In this document: positions 57,929 to 64,000 of the stretch, piece by piece | Position numbering within the stretch: position 1 is the stretch's first letter | How the letters are laid out: each line of letters starts with the position of its first letter | DNA from: Geobacter sp. | Lineage (GTDB): Bacteria > Desulfobacterota > Desulfuromonadia > Geobacterales > Geobacteraceae | DNA length: 64,000 bases | Reading direction: 5' to 3' | Assembly: GCA_003490025.1 (NCBI GenBank) | Contig: DNJC01000018.1 | Span: forward strand, 4,358 to 68,357 | Translations under genes and position numbers: made by a program | Notes under the pieces: model-generated | The model's database searches: none | Told to the model about the DNA's origin: nothing | The model's input: the letters and a program-made list of their open reading frames with translations, nothing else

Positions 57929-58253
57929 TCTGCGTCCGGAATGGCTGGAGACTGTGCGGCGCCTTATTGCCGCCCATATCCCTCATGCCGAGGTTTGGGC
58001 TTACGGGAGCCGGGTGCAGGGGACGTCCCACGAGGGGAGTGACCTTGACTTGGTGGTGCGTAACCCGAACGACCTGAGCCAGCCCCAGGCCAATCTTTAC
58101 GAGCTGCGTGAAGCGCTTTCAGAGAGCAATCTTCCCATTCTCGTCGACGTGCTGGACTGGGCGCGGATACCTGAGAGCTTCCGCCAGGAGATCGTAAGGG
58201 GTGGGATGGTGCCGGTGCAAACCGGAGACGATGAAGGGGCAACGCCTGCATAA
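57921..58253 (+). CDS. Minimal nucleotidyltransferase (MNT)
   Basis: 'VWAYGSR..G...GSDLDL', 'LPILVDVLDW'; overlaps the HEPN gene. Confidence 0.88.
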   Translation: MLDLRPEWLETVRRLIAAHIPHAEVWAYGSRVQGTSHEGSDLDLVVRNPNDLSQPQANLYELREALSESNLPILVDVLDWARIPESFRQEIVRGGMVPVQTGDDEGATPA

Positions 58254-58299
58254 GTCGCCCCATTCTGCGAACTCAGGTCCGGACTGCGAGGGATGCAAG

Positions 58300-61005
58300 G
58301 TGACGATCAAAAAGGTTTTTCACACAATTGCCGTTTGCGCCGGTTGCCTGTTTTTCGCCGGCATCCTGGCCGCCAGTACTCATGCGGCTGAGAATCCGAC
58401 TGTCTTCTCCATTGGCGAGAAGGACCTCTTCCATTACTACGCCGCGAGCCCCAACCCCGCTGTTCCCTGCGTCACTTTCACCGCCGCCGGCCTCCCCCCC
58501 GCCTCGACCTTCGATGCCGCAACCGGACTCTTCACCTGGCTTCCCGACTACGGCAGCGCGGGGAGCCATGCGGTGAGTTTCGGCTGCGCGGACGATCCCG
58601 CCGCTCCGGGGACGCAAGAGATCGCCATCGATGTAACCCCGGTGACCCCGCTCCCCCTGCAACCCGGCACCACCAAGGTTACCCTGCTGGCGTCCCAGTC
58701 TCCCGCGGACGCCAAGCAGGAAAACGACCAGAAGAGCCTCGCGGCCATGCTGGGGCTCTACGGCCTCGTGGTCGAGAACGTAGCGGACCTCTCGGCTCCC
58801 CTCGCCGCTAGTACCACCGGCAACCTGCTGGTCGTGCCGTCGTACATGGCAAAGGCCCTGCCGCAGGGCACCGTAGACCAGGTCGTTTCCTTCGTGAGCG
58901 GGGGCGGGTCGATCCTGCTCTTTGGCAGGAGCCCGCTCAGCGAGGCCCTGGGGATTTCCTACAGCGGCGCCCCCGAAACGGTGACGCAGTTCGTCGACTT
59001 CCTTAACCCGCGACTGCCTCTTACCTGGGGCAATGGTGAAGATGTCGTACCCTTCACGACCGGCGCATCGGACTCGATCCTCGCCATTGACAAAGAGACA
59101 CGCCACCCGCTTATCATGGCCCGTTCCAAGGGGGCAGGGCGCATCCTTTACGTCGGTACGGACTATTACGACCACCTCTCCCCCTACGGAACAAAAGGGC
59201 ATCCCTACCTCCCGTACCATGTGATGGATGCCTTCCGCCTCAAACCGCGGCTGGCGGCAGGGGGGATCGACGCCTATTTCGATCCCGGCAACTACGATCT
59301 GAGCCAGGTCTACGTCGAGGATATCGTCCGCTTGTGGGCCGACCGCGGCATCGGCACCGTGTACGCCGCGGCCTGGCATTTCTGGGTCGACGAGAACACC
59401 GGGGCGGAATGGAATTTCGGGTATCAGCACTTCATCGATGTCTGCCACCAGCGAGGTATCAAGGTCTATCCGTGGTTCGCCTTTCCGCATGTGAGTCAGA
59501 AGTTCTGGTTCACCAAGCCGGAGTGCAGGGAGCAGACTGCCGGAAACGGCACCACCTACGAATTCTGGCGTCTGAACGTGAACCTGCAGAATCAGGCGTG
59601 TCTCTCCTCCGCGCTGGATTTCATGGATAGCGTGGTGAACGGCTACGACTGGGACGGCATCAACTTGACGGAGATCTACTACGACTACGGATTGGACGTC
59701 AACTTCTTCACCCCGATGAATACCGACTTCCGCAACGACTATGCACTCATTTCCGGCCTCGACCCCGCAGCGTTCTTCGACCCGGCTTCTCCACACTATT
59801 ACCAGGTCGACACCTTGTCGTGGAACCAGTTCCTCCAGTATCGAACCGAGGTTGTGACCGATCTGCACAAGGTTTTCATGGACCGGCTGGCAGCGAATCC
59901 AAAAAACGCCGGGCATGAAATCATCCTTACCGCAGTCGATAACCTCCACTACAACTACTACGACGTCCATTTGCCACCTGGAGTGACAACTTTTCCGGAC
60001 ACCGGGGTTGACCTCGCCGCGATTATGGAGGCTACCGGGGACTTGGATTACACGCTGCAGGTGGAGGATCCCTGGCCCTTCTGGAGTTCCAACCCCCTGC
60101 GCTATACGGACTTCAAGAAGACCTACCAGGAACAGTTCCCCGCGTTCAAGGCGGACCAAAGCAGGCTTTTCTTCGACGTGAACATCGTAGTCAACGCGCA
60201 CAATCCTTCGGCAGGGCCGCAGCCGCTGTACGACTTCCCGTCCGAGCTCCAGACCGGAATGGAGTTCTCGCTGATGTTGAAGGACATGCTTTCCGGCAGC
60301 GGACGGCTGGCGCTTTTTTCGGAGCACAGCGTCGAGCCGGTCGATTTGGCGAGGCTGGAATGGGCCCTGGCCGGCGACTCCTCCATCACTGGCGATGCTG
60401 CCGGCCCGGTCTCCTTCACCGTCAAAAGGACCACGAAGCTCAAGTCGAACCCGACCTATTACAGCGTCAACCTCGACGGCAAGGTATGGCCTGCCTGGAG
60501 CGCCGTCGACGGAACCGTTCTCCTGCCGGTCGGAAGCCATCAGCTCGCCTACAGCCCCACGGGGGTCTACAGCGGCATCAAGCTTTCCGCGATCAGCTGC
60601 GACCTGGTGGACGCGGGGATACTCCCGGGCGGGATCACGGTCAGCTATCGGTCGCCCAGACAAAAGGCGGTGCTGACCATAGAGGCGTTCGACAAGAACG
60701 AGAACGAGCCGTTCCGGGTCCTCGTGGACGGCAGCGTGTACGCCGCCGCCGTCTACCCCTTCTTCGGGCAGTACCACTTGTTTCTCCCGAAGGGCGCGCA
60801 TACCGTGCAAATCGAGGCGGTGCATCCTCTGGCGCTCCCGGGAGATTGCGACTCTGGCGGGACGGTGACTATCGCGGAGGTGCAAGCGGCGATTAACATG
60901 TTCCTGGGGCTTAAATGGCCCATGGCTTGTGTGGATAGAGATGGCAGCGGCGACGTCTCCATTGCTGAAACCCAGAAGACGATCAACAGCTTTTTGGGGA
61001 TCTAG
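58300..61005 (+). CDS. Secreted multidomain protein: Ig-like + glycoside-hydrolase-like barrel + C-terminal dockerin-like duplication
   Basis: Signal peptide; 'GLPPASTFDAATGLFTWLP' (putative Ig); 'CHQRGIKVYPW...YDWDGINLTE'; 'GDCDSGGTVTIAE...VDRDGSGDVSIAE'. Confidence 0.7.
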   Translation: MTIKKVFHTIAVCAGCLFFAGILAASTHAAENPTVFSIGEKDLFHYYAASPNPAVPCVTFTAAGLPPASTFDAATGLFTWLPDYGSAGSHAVSFGCADDPAAPGTQEIAIDVTPVTPLPLQPGTTKVTLLASQSPADAKQENDQKSLAAMLGLYGLVVENVADLSAPLAASTTGNLLVVPSYMAKALPQGTVDQVVSFVSGGGSILLFGRSPLSEALGISYSGAPETVTQFVDFLNPRLPLTWGNGEDVVPFTTGASDSILAIDKETRHPLIMARSKGAGRILYVGTDYYDHLSPYGTKGHPYLPYHVMDAFRLKPRLAAGGIDAYFDPGNYDLSQVYVEDIVRLWADRGIGTVYAAAWHFWVDENTGAEWNFGYQHFIDVCHQRGIKVYPWFAFPHVSQKFWFTKPECREQTAGNGTTYEFWRLNVNLQNQACLSSALDFMDSVVNGYDWDGINLTEIYYDYGLDVNFFTPMNTDFRNDYALISGLDPAAFFDPASPHYYQVDTLSWNQFLQYRTEVVTDLHKVFMDRLAANPKNAGHEIILTAVDNLHYNYYDVHLPPGVTTFPDTGVDLAAIMEATGDLDYTLQVEDPWPFWSSNPLRYTDFKKTYQEQFPAFKADQSRLFFDVNIVVNAHNPSAGPQPLYDFPSELQTGMEFSLMLKDMLSGSGRLALFSEHSVEPVDLARLEWALAGDSSITGDAAGPVSFTVKRTTKLKSNPTYYSVNLDGKVWPAWSAVDGTVLLPVGSHQLAYSPTGVYSGIKLSAISCDLVDAGILPGGITVSYRSPRQKAVLTIEAFDKNENEPFRVLVDGSVYAAAVYPFFGQYHLFLPKGAHTVQIEAVHPLALPGDCDSGGTVTIAEVQAAINMFLGLKWPMACVDRDGSGDVSIAETQKTINSFLGI

Positions 61006-61096
61006 CGCCGAACTCGGAAGCTGGTGCAATGACCGCCCCTTTTTCTTTTTCGCGGATTCCTTTATGCTGTCTCGGCACCTAAAGAGAGAGGGAACC

Positions 61097-63115
61097 ATGG
61101 CGAACGACAACGCTTCATCTGATCATGTCACTGCGAATGACGAAGCCGAGCTTTGGCGGCCGGAGCAGTTCCCGCACATCCGGAGGCTCACGCCCGAGTA
61201 CGAGAAAACGATCAGGCAGCTCCCGCTTCTGAACATCGACTCCCTGCTGATCCCTTCTCCGTACATCCTGGACAAGACGGTCGACCTCGATTACGAGCAC
61301 AGCTTCGTCTGGGACGAGAAGGGTGAACTGCTCGGGTACATGGCGGTGTACGCCACGCCGGACCGGAAGAAATTCCACATCTACCGGCAGGTCACCAGTC
61401 CGTTCGGCAGGGGAAAAGGGATCGGCACGGCGCTGGCCCGCTACCTCGCCCATACGGTCGACCCCGACTCCCATATCTATCTCTACGTCTGGGACAAGCT
61501 GATCAGCTCCATCGACTTCTTCAAGTCCAAGGGGTTCCGCAGCGAGGATGTGGTCGTCCACCGGAGGATGAAGTTCCTCCTGATGTCGGTGACGGCCCAA
61601 ACGCTCCGGGAGAGGGTCGCTTCCACCCAGCGCAGGGAAGTCTCCATCGTCGAGGAACTGAGCCGGGTGCGCCACGACGTGAAGAAATCGCTCAAGGTGC
61701 TCTTCGACATGGCCGCCATGATGTCGGTCGACAACTTCAACAGGGTCGCCGAGAACATGAACCGGGAGACCACCACCCTTCTCAACATGCTGAACATGTA
61801 CGAGGACAAGGTGCACCTCTCCCACAAGGTGTCGCTCAAGGAGCTGATCACCGAGCGCATCATCCCTTACATAGAGGCGGTGGACAGCTCCTGCGAGGTG
61901 AGGCTGATCCTCAAGTCCAAGATAGAGCCGGTAAGCGGCAGCTACCTGACCTTCAGCCGGGCGCTGTTGAACATCGTCGCCAACGCGTTGGATGCGATCA
62001 AATCCGCGGAGAGGCGCGGGGTGATAGAGCTGGTGCTGGAGCAGCAGGAAGACGACGTCACGCTGAGCATCACGGACAACGGGACCGGCATCCCCGAGGC
62101 GCGGCTGGAAAAGGGGGCGGACCAGGTGCCGATCTTCGTCGGGAAGTCGACCAAGGGACACGGCGAGGGAATCGGCACCAGGCAGGTCTACTCGACCTTT
62201 GGCTCCGACCGCATCACGGTGCGAAGCAGGGAGGGGGAATCCACCAGCTGGACCATCCGCCTGAACCGGAGCACCACCAGGGAAGACACGCTGCTCGCGG
62301 ACCTCTTCACCAAGTACGCCAGGTTCATCAAGTCCACCCAGCGTATCGAGCTGACCAAAGAGAGCGGCAGGATGGAGATATCCAGTTTCATCTGGCAGCT
62401 AAGACAGATGGAACTCTTCAGCTACGATCTCATGTACCATTTCAGCAGGTACAACAACGTCCGGGACATCTTCCAGAACGTGCTACAGTACCGCCACGGC
62501 GACAAGTCCTTCGAGGCTCTCAAGGCCGAACTGGCGAAGTGCCGGGTCGACAACGGCTCCATCAGGGCGTGGCTTCTGGGGATGACCAAGCGCATCGGCA
62601 GGAACGAGAACTACCTGAAACAGCAGGTGCCGTTTCAGGAGTACAAGGACATGCTCTTCCAGAGTTACGGCCAGGCCACCGACCGCACCATGATCTTCAC
62701 CCTCGATCCCCACAGCGGGGAATTCTTCTGCACGGACCGGAAACTCGCCGAGCATCTCGATTTCGTGCCTTATCTTTCGCGGGCAAAGGATGAACTCCTG
62801 AGGGGAGAACTGATCGGTGACGTCAGGAACGCCAGCAGTCCCATCTACCTGGGAGTCTGGACGGTGAAGGACCTCGAAGACCTGCACCGGAAATTCAAGC
62901 TGATCCGGACCGGGGCCCGGCAGCTGTTGGAGATGGGGCTCGCCAAGGAGAAACGGATCGCCTTTTACAACACCACCTACAACAGCTGCGAAAGCGAGAT
63001 CGATACCCTGAAGACGGTGACGCTCGGCGAGATGGCATCGCTGCCGGAGAGCGAGTTCGGAAGGTTTTTCAGGTCGAGCGGCGACGAGATGGGCGGGTTC
63101 GTCCTCGCTACCTGA
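61097..63115 (+). CDS. GNAT-histidine kinase fusion with uncharacterised C-terminal domain
   Basis: GNAT 'RGKGIGTAL...FFKSKGF'; H-box 'RHDVKKSL', N-box 'NIVANALDA', G1 'DNGTGI', G2 'GEGIG'. Confidence 0.8.
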   Translation: MANDNASSDHVTANDEAELWRPEQFPHIRRLTPEYEKTIRQLPLLNIDSLLIPSPYILDKTVDLDYEHSFVWDEKGELLGYMAVYATPDRKKFHIYRQVTSPFGRGKGIGTALARYLAHTVDPDSHIYLYVWDKLISSIDFFKSKGFRSEDVVVHRRMKFLLMSVTAQTLRERVASTQRREVSIVEELSRVRHDVKKSLKVLFDMAAMMSVDNFNRVAENMNRETTTLLNMLNMYEDKVHLSHKVSLKELITERIIPYIEAVDSSCEVRLILKSKIEPVSGSYLTFSRALLNIVANALDAIKSAERRGVIELVLEQQEDDVTLSITDNGTGIPEARLEKGADQVPIFVGKSTKGHGEGIGTRQVYSTFGSDRITVRSREGESTSWTIRLNRSTTREDTLLADLFTKYARFIKSTQRIELTKESGRMEISSFIWQLRQMELFSYDLMYHFSRYNNVRDIFQNVLQYRHGDKSFEALKAELAKCRVDNGSIRAWLLGMTKRIGRNENYLKQQVPFQEYKDMLFQSYGQATDRTMIFTLDPHSGEFFCTDRKLAEHLDFVPYLSRAKDELLRGELIGDVRNASSPIYLGVWTVKDLEDLHRKFKLIRTGARQLLEMGLAKEKRIAFYNTTYNSCESEIDTLKTVTLGEMASLPESEFGRFFRSSGDEMGGFVLAT

Positions 63116-63270
63116 AAAAACCGATCTCCGCAAAAAAGTCCGTTTCACCGTCCCCATTTACCGCTAAGCCTCCGTCAGGCTGAGGCATTTTCTGCCATTT
63201 TTCCGCAACGTTTCCGACACAGCCCGAATCCCCGAACTCAATCCTGATTACCGACAATCCCCCGTTTTCA

Positions 63271-63309
63271 CCCATCCCCACCCCGACCCTCCCCTTGAAG
63301 GGGAGGGGG
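63271..63309. repeat. CCCTCCCC-type intergenic palindromic repeat
   Basis: CCCATCCCCACCCCGA followed by hairpin CCCTCCCCTT-G-AAGGGGAGGG. Confidence 0.65.
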
Positions 63310-63637
63310 AGATTGTGATAGCGGAACATCGCCAATTGGGAACTCAATGGACTATACGCCTGCCAAGCGGTGTCCCGTTCATCTGTCAGCATCAAAATTA
63401 AAATGACAGCTTCACTGCTTTTGTCCGTCACATTTCATATGAATGAGCAAAACCTTGTTACAATCAAGAGTAAACGACTATTGACAAACAAGCAGGGTTC
63501 TTGCAATTATGCTAAAACTCGGCTGTTTCGATTGAAATTTGGTCAAGAGCGGTTTTAAGCCTGTGACTCAGCCTTCTGTCACAGCCGGCGTCTAAGACTC
63601 GCTCGGTGTTCCGCTACACAAAGAAGGAGGACGCACC

Positions 63638-64000
63638 ATGCTATTACTGCACGCACCTACACCCTTCTTACGCAGGATTTTACCACTCGTCCTGCTCTGC
63701 CTGGTCGGGATAACGCATCCTGCCATATCCAGAGGCGACGAAGGGGTAGCCGGAAGCAGCGAGTACAATCTGGTGTTGGAGCAAGGGATGCGCTGCTACC
63801 GCGACAGCAACTTCGCAGGCTCGGTGGTTTTGTTCAAGGAAGCGCTGAGGATGAACCCTGCGTCAGCCGACGCCCTCTATATGATGGGGGTCCTGTACGA
63901 GAAGGGGCAAGGGGTCTCCGCCAGCGAGACCGAGGCGGCGAAGTTCTACCGCCTCGCCTGGAAAAACGGGCACAAGGAGGCCTACTCCCGCCTGAACGAG
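63638..64000 (+). CDS. Secreted TPR/Sel1-repeat protein (3'-truncated by window)
   Basis: RBS AAGGAGG, hydrophobic leader, 'ALYMMGVLYEKGQGV...EAAKFYRLA..NGH.EA' Sel1 repeat; no stop before the window end. Confidence 0.75.
   Translation, partial: MLLLHAPTPFLRRILPLVLLCLVGITHPAISRGDEGVAGSSEYNLVLEQGMRCYRDSNFAGSVVLFKEALRMNPASADALYMMGVLYEKGQGVSASETEAAKFYRLAWKNGHKEAYSRLNE

Noticed and set aside
58273-61110. 945-aa antisense ORF, and similar long shadow ORFs (23641-25629, 15393-17141, 27887-29536, 43569-45161)
   Set aside because: They fully overlap motif-bearing genes, show no domain motifs, and are expected from high-GC codon bias.
63108-63431. 107-aa minus-strand ORF
   Set aside because: Contains the translation of the CCCTCCCC palindrome (LPLPFKGRVGVG) and has no other coding signal.

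Overview
GC-rich bacterial DNA whose gene content looks Geobacteraceae-like (Desulfobacterota); this is inferred, not proven. The window has four parts. (1) 1-31.6 kb is one co-directional Wzx/Wzy exopolysaccharide locus linked to an exosortase. It holds GNATs, two deacetylases, a flippase, a polymerase, GT2/GT4 transferases, a beta-helix protein, a bi-domain oxidoreductase, a heparinase II/III-like protein, WecB/TagA, an exosortase-EpsI fusion, a WecA-like transferase, a TPR lipoprotein, a short OPX plus beta-barrel, a co-polymerase, a BY-kinase and WecC. (2) 31.7-35.9 kb (minus strand) has a Tat metallophosphoesterase and a full-length ppk1 whose phospho-acceptor His is replaced by Tyr. (3) 36.4-57.4 kb is an integration hotspot. 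A tyrosine integrase sits next to a tRNA-Phe 3' fragment (att), followed by an HTH-Fic gene, three uncharacterised genes (one frameshifted), a PIN toxin-antitoxin pair, a ~3060-aa cyclic beta-1,2-glucan synthase, a small alarmone synthetase, a lipoprotein/beta-barrel pair and a second degenerate tRNA-Phe 3' end. (4) 57.5-64 kb has a HEPN/MNT pair, a dockerin-tailed glycoside-hydrolase-like protein, a GNAT-histidine kinase fusion and a truncated Sel1 protein. Several REP-like palindromes occur, one translated in frame inside a gene. No CRISPR array, rRNA or intact tRNA was seen. All product calls come from motif recognition by eye; no database searches were run.
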